Shown: in pieces, positions 26,358 through 38,819 of the stretch
How positions within the stretch are numbered: the stretch's first letter is position 1
Layout: each line of letters opens with the position of its first letter
NCBI RefSeq assembly: GCF_018350175.1
Contig: NC_058368.1
Location: forward strand, 118,484,001 to 118,548,000
Source of the DNA: Felis catus
Taxonomy: Eukaryota
Direction of reading: 5' to 3'
Length of the DNA stretch: 64,000 nucleotides
Notes under the pieces: model-generated
What the model saw: the letters and a program-made list of their open reading frames with translations, nothing else
What the model was told of the DNA's origin: nothing
Databases searched by the model: none
Program-made: the position numbers and the translations under genes

Positions 26358-26754
26358 ATTATTTTGTAAATTAACTTTTTTTTCCCCAAGGGCTAAGAAG
26401 CTTTAAAGACAATATGCACGTAACAAATATTCATTGCATACTTCTGTGAGTCCATTCAGGTGTTGAGTGTATTGTGGAGAGTAAATGAATGATCCGCTTT
26501 CATGAACTTAGAGCCTAGGACAGTGTTTGTTTTCCAAGAAGCATAGAGTGGTTGATGCATCTCAGACAAGCTGGTAGATGAACCATTTCTCAAGTAACAA
26601 GCAGGAAACCATCTTGAGTGGCTTGCCAGGTGGGCTGGACTCCTGGCCTACCAGTCCATTGCGGGGGGGGGGGGGGGGGGGAGGGTGTCTAATGATGTGA
26701 AGAACTCTATGGCCCAGGTGAGCAAAGGCATTGGCAAAAGAAACCTGCCATTCT

Positions 26755-26988
26755 TTTTTTTTTTTTAATTAAAAAATTTTTTAAAAAAATGTTTGTTTAT
26801 TTTTGAGAGTGAGAGAAAGACTGTGAGAGGGGGAGGGGCAGAGAGAGAGGGAGACACAGAATCTGAAGCAAGCTCCAGGCTCTGAGCTGTCAGCACAGAG
26901 CCCGATGGGGAGCTCAAACTCACAGATTGTGAGATCATGACCTGAGCTGAAGACGGACAACCAGCCAACTGAGCCACCCAGGCGCCCC
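26755..26988 (-). mobile_element. Feline CAN-SINE
   Basis: TSD aagaaacct(g/a)ccattct (26738-26754 / 26989-27005). Confidence 0.95.
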
Positions 26989-27438
26989 AAGAAACCTACC
27001 ATTCTAATTGGATTTCTTCTTCTCTTTCCTGTGGAAATGCATTGAGTTATGCATTTCTTCTGAGAACTGGATCACTGATGGCCACGTAGAGATCAATTTA
27101 TTCATTCCTTAGGCATCTCTTGAATGCTTACTATGGGCCAGGCAATGTTCTGGAAGCTGGGATAGAAAAGTGGAAAAACGAGACAAAGTCTTTGCTCTCA
27201 TTGACATTCTATTGCAGTAGGTGAGCCACAGGCAGAGAAAAGCATTGAAAATAATTTTACATAGCGATAAGGAAATAAATTGGGGCGGTAGGTTACCCCA
27301 GCGCTTTTTACCTTATATACATTAACATGGTCACTAAAGCCTTTTCTAAAGAGGTTAACAATTGAATTGAAACTAGAAGGATGAGAAGGACCACTAAGAG
27401 AAAAGCTAGGACGCTATTCTTGATGTTGTGTGTGTATT

Positions 27439-27760
27439 GGGGTGCCTGGCTGGCTCAGTCAGTGGCGCATACAACTCTTGAGCTCAAGGTTGTGAGTTTG
27501 AGGCCCACACTGGGTGTAGAAATTATTTAAAAATAACATATTTTAGGGGTACCTCGGGACCTATTTGGTTAAGGGTCAAACTCTGGATTTCAGCTCAGGT
27601 CATGGCATCAAGGTTTGTGGAATCGAGCCCGGCCTCAGGCTTCGCACTATCAGCGCAGAGTCTGCTTGGTAATCTTTTTTTGTCTCTCTCTCTCTGCCCT
27701 TCCTCTGCACTTGCTCCCGCTCCCTCTGTCTCTCTGTCTCTCTCTCAAATAAAGTATTTT
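27439..27760 (+). mobile_element. Tandem CAN-SINEs: short tRNA-like monomer plus full SINE
   Basis: ggggtgcctggctggctcagtc... (27439-27540), then ggggtacctc...(CT)n-aaataaa (27546-27760). Confidence 0.85.
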
Positions 27761-28064
27761 TTAAGAATTGTGTGTCATAAAAATCTGAATTACTGGGTCA
27801 TGAAATAGAATAGAGGAAGCTAGAACAGAAGAAAATTATAAGGCATGTTTTTTGGGTCATAATGTAAAAGTTTCTTATGGTGCCTTAAAGTTTTAAAAAA
27901 CTGAATATTTAGGAGAAGAGGTTTGCAAGCAGAAGGAACACCAATTGCAAAGTATTTGGAGTGTTAGGGGGAAGGGAGTCAATCTGGGAGGCTGGAGTAC
28001 AGGGAAGATGCATTGGTGGAGGCAGGGAGGTGGGAGGCAGGTCACACAGGGTCTTGCAAACCAT

Positions 28065-28250
28065 GTTTGAGACAGAGGGAGACCGAGCCTGAGTGGGGGC
28101 AGAGAAAGAGGGAGGCACAGAATCTGAAACAGGCTCCAGGCTCCGAGCTGTCAGCACAGAGCCCGATGCAGGGCTCGAACCCACGAACCGTGAGATCATG
28201 ACCTGAGCCGAAGTCAGACACTTATCCGACTGAGCCACCCAGGCACCCCC
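28065..28250 (-). mobile_element. Feline CAN-SINE within an L2 remnant
   Basis: Typical reverse SINE body ending gagccacccaggcacccc. Confidence 0.9.
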
Positions 28251-29036
28251 TTCTGATTCCAGTTTTAAGAAAGCTCTTCTGTCTGCTGGGTGCAGGCTGG
28301 ATTGGGGTGGGGGAGAGAAAGAAAACAGGGAGACTAGTTAGGAAAGGAGTTTAGTCACCCCGAGACCCATGGTTGACTTGGGGGGGAGGAGCTGAAGCCC
28401 ATCTGTCTGAAGGGCTTGGTGGTAGTAACAGCAGATGTGCACATAGCCCTTTTTGGCTTTCAAATTGTTCACATCCTTTAGCTCATTTTCTCACAAGGGT
28501 GGATACTACCTCCAGGTGTGGGAAAGAGCCCCAGAGAGGATAAGTGACTTGAGTAGGTCTCTCCACCTAGAAAATGATAGAACTGCAAGTCCAACACAGA
28601 TGTTTGGGCTGTTAGCTCCCTGACTGATGCCGGGCTCTGCTGTCTGTCTCCTAGGAGTTTCCTCCATTGCTGCCTAACGGCAGGAGCCATGTTGCAAATT
28701 TCCAGAATGACCCTTTCTTGAGTTGGAGTGTCAGTTGGCAAGCCTGAGCAAGGAGGATGTTTGAGGTGTGTGGGTGGTCAGGGGAAGTGGATGCGTCCCT
28801 GGTGTAAGTGTGTTGGATTTGCACTATGAGGAAATTAGAGGCTGCAGGAGCATATGGGGCTTAGCTGGCAGGAGCCCAGGTGGAAGGGATCAGCCCAGTG
28901 GTCTGAAGAGCCACACCTGGGGAAGGAGGGTACAGCACTTTCTGAAACTGGGCCTCCAAATAAAGATCTCTCAGTCCGCAGATACCAGCTTCCCCTGCTT
29001 AGAGGCTTAGAAAATACCCCCAAGTTTAGCCCTTCG

Positions 29037-29037
<1 letters not shown>

Positions 29038-29070
<33 letters not shown>
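29038..29070. repeat. (TG)n microsatellite
   Basis: Direct reading. Confidence 0.95.
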
Positions 29071-29073
<3 letters not shown>

Positions 29074-29533
29074 GGTTGCCTCCCCACCCAGCACTTAGCC
29101 AATTAGCTTCTATGTGTTAATATGTTGACCTAGGAGGAAGTTGCTCACAGGAGAGTTGAATGGGCTGTTTGTGCTTTACCAGGGTTTGTAATTTTCTGTT
29201 TATGGACATAAGTATTTAGAATCTCTTTGCTTCCCTATGTTGTGAGTTCCATGAAGGAAATTTCTTTTTGTGCATGATGGTTGAATGAATGAATGATTTG
29301 CCACGTTCTTTAGATAGAAAGATAGCAGTGTCATATTTGGTGTAATGGGAGATATGTCCCCAGTTTCCTCTGCAGGGATCTTGACAAAGGAACACTGGAA
29401 GAGGTATTTCTTTGGGGGCTTTGTCTGTCTCTGTGAAGTATGTTATAGAATGGTTTCTCACCCCTTCACTTCTAAAGAAGGCAGATGTTTGTTTCCCACT
29501 ACCAGGATATTCATTTTTATTAAAAAATCTTAA

Positions 29534-29745
29534 GGGGCGCCTGGGTGGCTCAGTTGGTTAAGTGTCCAGCTCTTGATTTCGGCTCAGGGGCACGATCTCA
29601 CGGTTTGTGAGTTTGAGCCCCAGTTGGGCTCTGTGCTCACAGTGCGTAGCCTGCTTGGGATTCTCTGTCCCCCTCTGTCTGCCCTCCCCCTGCTCATGTG
29701 TACTCTCTCTAAAAAATAAGTGGATAAAATTTAAAAAAATACTAA
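29534..29745 (+). mobile_element. CAN-SINE, sense to the gene
   Basis: ggggcgcctgggtggctcagttggttaag...aaaaataa tail. Confidence 0.93.
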
Positions 29746-30593
29746 TATTTTTTGTCATTGAGATGTGCATTCACTGTAACAGTGAGGTGGCATAGCAATA
29801 GTGTGGAAATGTTATGAACTTCACAGTGATAGTTGAGGTACTTAATAGCATCTTGTTATTCTACCCAGGCTCATTTTCTCCCCTGCTGTCTGTATCCTGC
29901 ATCAGTGGTTTGACTGTACGCATGTGTGGGCCTATGCAGCACCCCCTCTGCATGGACGGAGAAAGGAGGCTTAGATGGAATAGTGTAATTACTCTGCTGA
30001 AGTAAACTGACAGTTTGTCCCTTGACAAACCAGAAAATAGGTGAAACTCATGTGGAAATGTCCTTTCCTAAAGGCCCCTGCCCTCTAACAGCTGGTTTTG
30101 TTCATTCCTAATGGGATGGGGAGAACCCTGCAGGTTTTCTTTTTTTCTCCTTAAAAATCTATCTTCTTTAGAACCCAGGTCTGCCCCTGGGTGTGGGGAG
30201 ACGGTACAGCCTCCTAGTTTAAAGATGATCAAGGGTCTTGGAGGCAGATCCACAAGCACAAAAATCCCAACTCTGCCGTGTACTGGCTGCTTCAGGTTCC
30301 TTAATGTTAGCAGACATCATTTTCCTCCTGTCACTTAGAGGTAATGAGAATATCTTCTTTTTAGGAATTGGATGAGGATTAAGTCACTATAGTGAATGAG
30401 GAGCGAATAATGTCATGTAATATATGTATGCCTAAGGACATGGTGCCTAGGACATTGTCACTAGTCTTAGGTCTGTTTCATGCTGTCTGAATTGTATATA
30501 AAAACCATCTCCAAGGAATTTTGTGGCCTGCTTGCTGAATGCTCTCCTTGCGTAGTGACTTGACTTTGCTCTTAAATTCTGTCTTGTTTGCAG

Positions 30594-30704
30594 GCAGACA
30601 GCCAAGTGGACTTGGTCCGGCAGCATTTCTATGAAGTATCCCTGGAGTATGTCTTCAAGGTGCAGGAAGTCCAAGAGAGAAAGATGTTTGAGTTCGTGGA
30701 GCCG
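30594..30704 (+). CDS. ARHGAP26: ARHGAP26 exon 6 (111 nt, phase 0-0)
   Basis: ttgtttgcag|GCAGAC...GAGCCG|gtaagt; [37 protein letters not shown] (not in the ORF track). Confidence 0.97.
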
Positions 30705-31754
30705 GTAAGTAGATGCTCAGGGTTTAATGGTATACCCGGACTTTGACCTCCAGCCCTCATTCCACTGCCTAGATGACAAAATGCTCTAAGTTGCTGATGA
30801 AGAGGTTGATCAGCCCTGGTACTGTGCCTTCTGTCAAGTCACAGTGCTTTGTCAGTCTGTCTACCCTGGACTGTCCCCTGTGGCCATTCTTGGGCAAACT
30901 GAGCAGAAGTGATAGTGCTTCCTCTGGCCCTGCTGTGTTGTGCTAATTGGTTTCTAGGTAGAAGTAGGGCAGGGGGAGGAGTGTTCATCTTGCCCAACAG
31001 TAGTGATTACACCTTAACTTTCCACCCTCCCACCCCCTTCCTTTCTCCCTCAAATAATCCAAACGTAGTAGTTGCCTAAGGAAAAAGGGGAATGTACATG
31101 ATACTTTCCTCTTTTTGTCTGCAGAGTTCAAAGCCCCTCCACGCTCCTTCCGTGCATTAAAAGGTACTATATAAAGTGATTTCTCACTGTAGTTGGTTAT
31201 AACCGAGTAGCGGGGAGAGAAAGGTTGTAGTGTGCAAACCAGTCTGGCTTTAGTTGAGGCCACCTTAGCATGGGTGTGGCTTTGTGCAGTGGTAGTGCTG
31301 CCCTGCCCTTGTGTTGCACTCAGAATGCACAGTACAAAAATGTCATGGAAACACTGAGAGAACACGTGGGCCTCGATTTCAAACTCGTGCAGACCTTGCA
31401 TTTTTCACTAAAAATGCAGCCTCTGATTTAGACTCAAGCCTGGAGTCTTTCTAGAAGTAAGACTCTTACCTACCTAGATTTCAGAAAGTGATTTTCTTAA
31501 GCAAACAATAAAACTATAAGAAACGGAGAGAAAATAACCACTTGTTTCAGTAAAGAGTGTTCTGTGCTCCATTTCTAATTCATAAAATTTTGGGATGCTT
31601 TTGAGGGATGTTAACTTGGTAATAGTTTTATCAGACTCTGGTGGCTTTGGAATCTGATACTTAGATTTTTTTTTTTTTTTTTTTTTTTTTTACTGTATTG
31701 GAACTAGGATTTTGAGCTTTCCTTCTCAGCCACCTCATCTGGCAAGTTCTTCTT

Positions 31755-31946
31755 TTTAAAAAATAATTATTTTTTCAAGAGCGCAAGTGGGGAAAGGGCA
31801 GAAAGAGGGGGACAGAGGATCCAAAGTGGGCTCTGCACTGATAGGCTGACAGCAGTGAGCCTGATGTGAAACTCGAACTCCCGAACTGTGAGATCATGAT
31901 CTGAGCAAAATCAGACGCTCAAGTGACTGAGCCACCCAGGCACCCC
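31755..31946 (-). mobile_element. CAN-SINE
   Basis: TSD ctggcaa(g/a)ttctt. Confidence 0.9.
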
Positions 31947-32337
31947 TGGCAAATTCTTTAATATCCTTAATTACCTCAGTCTTCTTATGTGAATATTGGA
32001 AACTTGAGAGCCAGCTTCCTGTCTAGTAGTGGTCTCTATCACGGTCTCCTGTCAAAATCCCCTTGTTTTTGCAGTCTGTGTCGTGGGGGAGGCCATCCTA
32101 CAGAGAAAATGAGCTTATTGATTTCCTTGCTTAGGACACAGAGGTGTTAAAGCCAGCTTTTCAGCGAAAGGTTTACTGAAGCCTATTTCCTGTGGTCTGG
32201 GCAGGCATTCAAATGCTGTCACAGAATTAGCATTGGGTGTTTTTTAATTGATTTTACCAGAATTTCTAGAGGAAAACAACAGTGATTGTAATAGTCTTTA
32301 GGTGCACAATGATACTATTCTACAATTGCTTGCTTTT

Positions 32338-32561
32338 TAAAAAAAATTTTTTTTTTTTAACATTTATTTATTTTTGAGGCAGAGAGAGACAGAGCATGAA
32401 CAGGGGAGGGGCAGAGAGAGAGGGAGACACAGAATCTGAAATAGGTTCCAGGCTCTGAGCTGTCAGCACAGAGCCCGACGCGGGGCTCAAACTCACGGAC
32501 CGTGAGATCATGACCTGAGCCAAAGTCGAACGCTTAACCGACCGAGCCACCCAGGCTCCCC
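32338..32561 (-). mobile_element. Feline CAN-SINE
   Basis: Perfect TSD acaattgcttgctttt (32322-32337 / 32563-32578). Confidence 0.96.
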
Positions 32562-32812
32562 GACAATTGCTTGCTTTTGATGTCTTGGGTTTTAATTGGC
32601 TTATCTTACTTCTTTGAGGTGTTTTTGTTGTTCTTGTTGTCCCCTTGTATCTCCCAGTAGGTGTTCCTCGTGAATCAGATATTGTGTCTGTAAGCTTTTG
32701 CTGGGTAACAACACATAACCTCTTGGAGCAGTAGACATTGATTTCTCATGAATGTGTGGGTTTCAGCCCAGCTAAGGCTGGACTTGGCCTGATGACTGCT
32801 GATTTAAGTGGG

Positions 32813-32944
32813 CTTTCCTCTTCCTCTTCCTCCTCCTCCTCCTCCTCTTCCTCTTCCTCTTCCTCTTCCTCTTCCTCTTCCTCTTCCTTTTCCTTTTCCT
32901 TTTCCTTTTCCTATTCCTCTTCTTTTTTTTTTTTCTTTTTTTTT
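32813..32944. repeat. Polypyrimidine simple repeat (TCCTCT)n/(TCC)n/(TCCTTT)n/Tn
   Basis: About 130 nt with a single purine (32913). Confidence 0.95.
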
Positions 32945-33019
32945 AAACCTGCAAGGAACAATCCTTCTAGTTCCTGACTCCCATTTGTAGTATATCCATA
33001 TCTTGAGTGTTTGAGAGGC

Positions 33020-33250
33020 AGTAAAACATCACTGGTAAGGGCTCCAGAGCCAGACTGCTTAAACTGAAATCTCAGCCCAGGCATTCTAGCTGTATGTTCT
33101 TGGGTTCTTAGTTCTCTGAGCCTTAGTTCCCTCATCTGCAAAAGGAGTAAAATAGTACCACCTATCCTATAAAGATGTTAAGAGGAATCAGTTTCCTCAC
33201 GTATGATGCTTAGAATGGAGCTAACCTAAATGGCACCCAGGTAGCAATTA
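33020..33250 (+). mobile_element. MIR SINE
   Basis: ggctccagagccagactgc...tctctgagccttagttccctcatctgcaaaagg. Confidence 0.8.
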
Positions 33251-34904
33251 CTTTTTTATTCTAAGATAGAGGAATATCTAAGCTTCAGTCACCCAGGGTC
33301 TCCTCAGATGAGCACATGCGACAAGTGCCAATATTAACGGTGCCTGCCTGTTTTAATCTAAAAAGTCTTGGTGAATCTGAAAGCGTTTACCTCGTGAATA
33401 CCAGGGAAATGGCTGAAGACCCCACTGCTGTGTCTGAGGAGTTCAAAGCCTCATTTGGGAAGCAAGATGGTTGTAGTAGGGAGGTCGCCAAGGTAGCAAG
33501 CAGTGCAGTAGCAGGTTGGACAGGAGGGAGGATATGGGGAAGTGCCCGAGGGATGTAAAGAGTGGAAAACCTTTGCGGTTTGCAGATGTTTCATAGGCCG
33601 TGCACTGAGGCACCTGGAGAGCTAATAAGAAATGATTTCTGGCCCCTTATTAGAATGAAGAGAAAGTGATAGGAACTTGCCCAAAGTGAAATTAAATGAG
33701 TGATTGAGAGGCTGGATGTAGAATTCGCATGTTCACTCCTTTTACAGAAGTTCTCGTTTCTCGATCCACCAGTTTATGGGCTGGTCACTGCTTCAGGAGC
33801 TATGGATAGTGGGAGAGATTGATCAAAACACCACCGATTAGATCAGTGGTTGTCAAAGTCTTCGAAATGCAGACTCTCGGGCTCTAGCCGAGACCCCAAA
33901 ATTGGGGGTGGGGCCCAGTAATCCCTATTTCACCAAACCCTCTATGGCGATCGTGTCACACATTTAAGTTTGAACCCCTGGCTGAGATTGTACAGAAGAC
34001 CATGAAATAACAATTGAGGATTAGGTCAAACTGTGTCGTACACTAAGAATCACTTCACCCCCATATGGCCGTCCAACTCTTATACTATCTCTGAGGGTAG
34101 GTAATTGCTGCTTTATATCTGTTTTCAGATGGGGAAACGGAAGCACATTTATTCCCTAAGGTGACATCTGCTACCTGGCAGAACTGGAATGGTCTGGTTG
34201 TTAGTCTGTACGAAACAGTATTTGATTGCTTACAGGTGGAAAGGAAACCAGCAGGAAATTTACTGAACTAAATTGCTGGGGCACCTGGTGTGGATATTCA
34301 TATTTTGCGTTGGTTGTAGTCAGGGTTGTAGTTGGTTTCCAGCCTTTCAAGGGACCTCTGTGCATATTGACTATGTTCATTTGTTTCTTACAAAGTAACT
34401 TCAAGTACTAGGATGTTATTGACCTTCAGAAAAAGAAGCAAGATTCGAGTATTCCAAAGAAGAAAATTCAGACTTCTGGGATCTAAACCATATTTTCTTG
34501 TGTGTGCCCTAGAAGCCTGTATTTCCTTATTGAAGTACTAAATGTTCTGGAGATTTGGGGTTGCAGATAATGACCTACTCCCTTCTTGAGGATGAAGCCA
34601 CATTCCCTGAGTTTTCATAATGGAAAGTAATCTAGTGCTGAGGAGAGCTCATTCCCTGCATTCATCAGGCACTGCATCTTCTGAGATGTATCTTGTAAAT
34701 ACTTTTTGGTGCTGTCCCTTCCTGCCCTTGGTCTTCTGCCCCAGTGCAGGTCTTCATTTTCCCTTTGATTTGTTGGATCCTTTCTTGGGCTTCCCCCTTC
34801 CCCAGTCGGATCTGGACACTGACACTGCAGTGCATCTTGTAACACATCAGTCTGAGTATATCTGTCTTGCTGAACAGGCATCCTGTCAGCATGCCTGTGC
34901 TGAG

Positions 34905-35262
34905 TTCTCATAGTTGTAGAGGCTGGAAGTCCAAGATCAAGGTGTCAGCAGGGCCATGCTCCCTCTGAAACCTGTAGGAAAATGATTTTTCCTTCCTTCT
35001 AGCTTCTGGTAGTTTGCTGGCAGTATTCGGCATTCCTTGCTGTAAAGGTGTCTTCTCTCTGTGTGTTTCTCTGTCCGAATACTGTATCCCCTTTCTATGA
35101 GGACACCGTTCATTTTATGTCAGGGCCTACTGGCTAACATTAACTTGATTACCTTCATAAAGACTAGTTCCAAATAAAATCACATTCTGAGCTACTGGGG
35201 TTAGGACTTTAACATAATTTTGTTTTTTTGTTGGGGTAGGGGAACACAATTCAGCCTATAAC
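34905..35262 (-). mobile_element. MLT1C-like MaLR LTR fragment
   Basis: gaggctggaagtccaagatcaaggtgtcagcagggcc...ccaaataaaatcacattctgag...acacaattcagcctataaca. Confidence 0.85.
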
Positions 35263-36822
35263 AATAGCTTTGTTGTATGAATGGAAACCATCTAAATTTA
35301 GCAGATAGTCCGGAATGATGCAGCTGTCACTAAATGAAGCAGTTACATTTTTACTTACTTAAAAAATACATACAGCTTATGTTGTCTGGTAGGAAATAGA
35401 AATAGATTTTTCTTACTTTCTGAGGAAAACAAGGATGGGGGAAGGAGGCAGAGGGAGGTGGAGAAGGTCTTTCTTTGGTATTTCCTTTGTCATGCTGTGA
35501 TTTTGCATTGCTGACTGTTCAGGGGAGAGTCTGTGTGGATGTGCTGCTTCTCTGCCAGCCAAGGTGGGGCTCCAAGGAGCTTGTCTCCTGTGGGTTTGAG
35601 TACAAGAATTCCTTTGAGGCAGACAGATGATCCCATCTCTGGGGTCTTTCTGTGGGTCTCGCCCGCCCACTGGGAAGTGGTCTTTCATTTCCCACTGGGT
35701 GATAGATTCAAAGGTTCATGCATTGTGTGGGGAGGGGATGTCAGAAGGTGGGGGTGGGGTGGGGAAGAGATATGTTGCCAGGGGAGGAGGGAAGTGGGCC
35801 AAAGTTAACAATATCTATGGAATCATTTCCCATAGACGAATGGACAATGAAGCATGACACCAAAGGAAGTGAGAACCAAAATAAATACTAGTAACTTTCT
35901 GCCTTTGGAGCACTTGTGTGCACGTCCAGGTGGTGTGTTCGTGAGCTTCTGGAGTGTGTTTAATTACATTTGGCGTGAGAGGCCCTGTTGACTTTCAGTG
36001 GAAGATAAATCAGAGTTAATAGGAGGAATGACTTTAGAATTAGCTGCTTATCTTCTGCATTACTCTCCAGGAGAGGATGGTTCAGTGCCTTGGAAAATTG
36101 ATGGGCGGAGCATTCAATGACAGGTGGGGTGGGGGAGTGGGGGAAGGAAGAGATCAGAAAAAACAGTTTTCATTGTGAACACTGACACTAGGTTTGGCTT
36201 AAGAGCTCCTTCTTCTCTATTCTTCTCTATTCTTCTCTACTGGAGTCTTCCAGGAGGAAAATCATGAGCTTTCCTCCCCAAAATGTATTTTATATAGAGT
36301 GAGTTCAAAAGCTTCTGTCATCTTTGAAGAAAAGAATTCATTATTAGTCTTTGGTGATTCTATGTGGTGTACCACCATTTAATTGATTTATGTTAGTGAT
36401 CTATATATGGTGTCACTACATAGTTTTTGAAACAGAGGACCCAGCTAGGCCTGCTTCTCAATCTCCCATGAGGATCTAAGGGGATAGTTGCTCTGGGGAT
36501 AATAGGGGTGGGAAGTCAGGATTTCTTATTATTAAAAGCTGGATTTTGCCTTACTTCACAGTACAGAGCTCTTTGATAAAGTGGGCTGGTCATTTGGCTT
36601 AGTCTAAAGATTGTTCTTTCCTTTGAACTAAGGGAGAGTAGCACATACCTTAGTGCTTACCACGGGCTGAATTTTCTTTGCGAACATTATTAGCGCTGCC
36701 TCTCAGAAGAGTAGAGGAGTAGAGGTAGGTGAAAAAAAAATGAGATTATGTTTAATTACTAAAGGTATGTTAGTTTAGGGACTGGAAAATTAAACAATGT
36801 AAAGCAAAGCAGCTTTATCTTT

Positions 36823-37237
36823 CTTATATTTATTTAAATCTAAGTTAACATATAGTATAATAATGATTTCAGGAATAGAATTTAGTGATTCATCACTTAC
36901 CTACACTACCCAGTGCTCATCCCAACAAGTTTCCCTCCTTAATGTCCTTTGCTTGTTTAGCCCCCCCCCCCCCCACCCAACACCCCTCCAGCAATCCTCA
37001 GTTTTTTCTGTGTTTAAGAGTCTCTTATGGTTTGTCTCCCTCTCTGTTTTTATCTTATTTTTCATTTTCTTCCACTATGTTCATCTGTTTTGTTTCTTAA
37101 ATTCCACATATGATTGAAATCATATGATATGTGTCTTTCTCTGACTGACTTACCTCTTTTAGCATAATACCCTCTAGTTCCATTCATGTTGTTGCAAATG
37201 GCAAGATTTCATTCTTTTTCATTGTTGAGTAGTATTC

Positions 37238-37290
<53 letters not shown>

Positions 37291-37584
37291 ACATCTTCTT
37301 GATCCATTCATAGGTCAGTGGGTATTTCCATAATTTGGCTATTGTTGATAATGTTGTGTTGCTATAAACATTGGGGTGCATGTGCTCCTGCGAATCAGCA
37401 TTTTTGTGTCCTTTGGATAAATTCCTAGTAGTGCAATTTCTGGGTTGTAGGGTAGTTCTGTTTGTAATTTTTTGAGGAACTTCAATACCGTTTTCCAGAG
37501 TGGCTGCACCACTTTGTATTCACACCAACAGTGCAAGAGTGTTCCTCTTTCCCTGCATTCTCACATCCTTGCCAACATCTGTTT
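36823..37584 (-). mobile_element. 5'-truncated carnivore/feline L1 with internal (CA)n
   Basis: L1 3' UTR plus ORF2 C-terminal remnant (VQPLWKTV...[17 protein letters not shown]); TSD aaagcagct(t/g)tatcttt. Confidence 0.92.
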
Positions 37585-38369
37585 AAAGCAGCTGTATCTT
37601 TATGTAACATGTATTGGAGGCAGGTCAGTGAAATCAGAGTGGACCACTCAGACCACAGGGATGGTCCCCAAATGCAGTATGATTGAGCTTGTAACAAAGT
37701 AAAGTTGTGGTTCTTTTAAACCTTGTTTAGACTTTTATTACAGTCCTTTCTTCTGATTGAGGTTTGGTGCAGAGGCAGGATGTGTAGAGTTTGGGAAGGG
37801 GCAAGGGAAACCTAACAACAGTAGGTTTGCGTGTAGGTTCTGGGAGGAAACATGGCATGAACATTTGTTGAGGCTGAAAAAGTAAAGACTGGCAGGGCTC
37901 AGGGTGGGGATCTTAGTAGTTTTAAGTGTATGAAGGTGTATTATGAGAATCATGCTGAACAGATGTTTTCATTCTTCGTTTAAGACAAGACTAAACAGTG
38001 AATGGACTTACTATGTTTTAGCTTAGGGGGATTTAAAGGAGAAATTAGGGGAGCCATCATAACTGAAAATGTGGAAACATGGGAATATTTTAATTACGGC
38101 ATCCATAGTGTTTACCTGCTTAAAGGAAAGCACAGAAGCACACTTGAGCTGAAGCCTGCTCTGGGTGATTTTTTTTTTTTTTTTTTAACTTTGACTGTTA
38201 CACTGCAGGTTTGGAACATACAGCTTCCTTGTCTTCCCTCTTTGTTGGCTCTCAGTATAACCGTACTTTCCTGCATGGTACCCTGATACTACAGATGTAT
38301 TTGAAGGAGACTGAGTTGCACTTGGAGACTGGTCTTCAGTTTCTGAAGAAGTGATTTTCTTAGAAAGTG

Positions 38370-38610
38370 CTGAGGCTCAGAGTATGAGCTTGGATGTTGG
38401 TGCCAGGTGAATCTGGTTTCAAATCCTGATTGTTACTTAAGATTTTGGAGCGAGTTATTTAATGTTTCTGAACTTTCTCAATATTAAAATGGAGACAACA
38501 ATAGTACTCAACTTCTAGGTCTTTATGAGCTTTTAGTGAGGGCAGGCATAAGATGTTACAGTGTCGGGCATGCAAGTAGCTAGCACTCATTAAATGATAG
38601 GCATTTTTAT
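38370..38610 (+). mobile_element. MIR SINE
   Basis: ggtttcaaatcctg...gagttatttaatgtttctga...taaaatggaga. Confidence 0.7.
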
Positions 38611-38714
38611 TACTTTATTCGAGGCTTTCAAACCAAGGTTGGGAATTCGGATAAAGCTACATAATCTCTCTTTAGCGTGCTGATGTGACCTCTGCCCTCC
38701 TTCCTTCCTTACAG

Positions 38715-38819
38715 CTACTGGCGTTCTTGCAAGGACTCTTCACTTTCTATCACCATGGTTATGAACTGGCCAAGGACTTCGGTGACTTCAAGACACAGTT
38801 GACCATTAGCATACAGAAC
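38715..38819 (+). CDS. ARHGAP26: ARHGAP26 exon 7 (105 nt, phase 0-0)
   Basis: ttccttacag|CTACTG...CAGAAC|gtgagt; [35 protein letters not shown]. Confidence 0.97.

Noticed and set aside
26663..26681. G19 homopolymer
   Set aside because: Simple run, length unreliable in assemblies, no further context.
27439..27515. tRNA-like sequence
   Set aside because: It is the degenerate head of a tRNA-derived CAN-SINE followed by an A-rich tail, not a functional tRNA.
31120..31400. TATA-like tatataaa, DR1-like agttcaaagccc and CACGTG as an internal promoter
   Set aside because: Short motifs with no CpG island or downstream exon evidence.
32738..32990. Poly-Ser and Pro-Leu repeat ORFs
   Set aside because: These are translations of the pyrimidine simple repeat.
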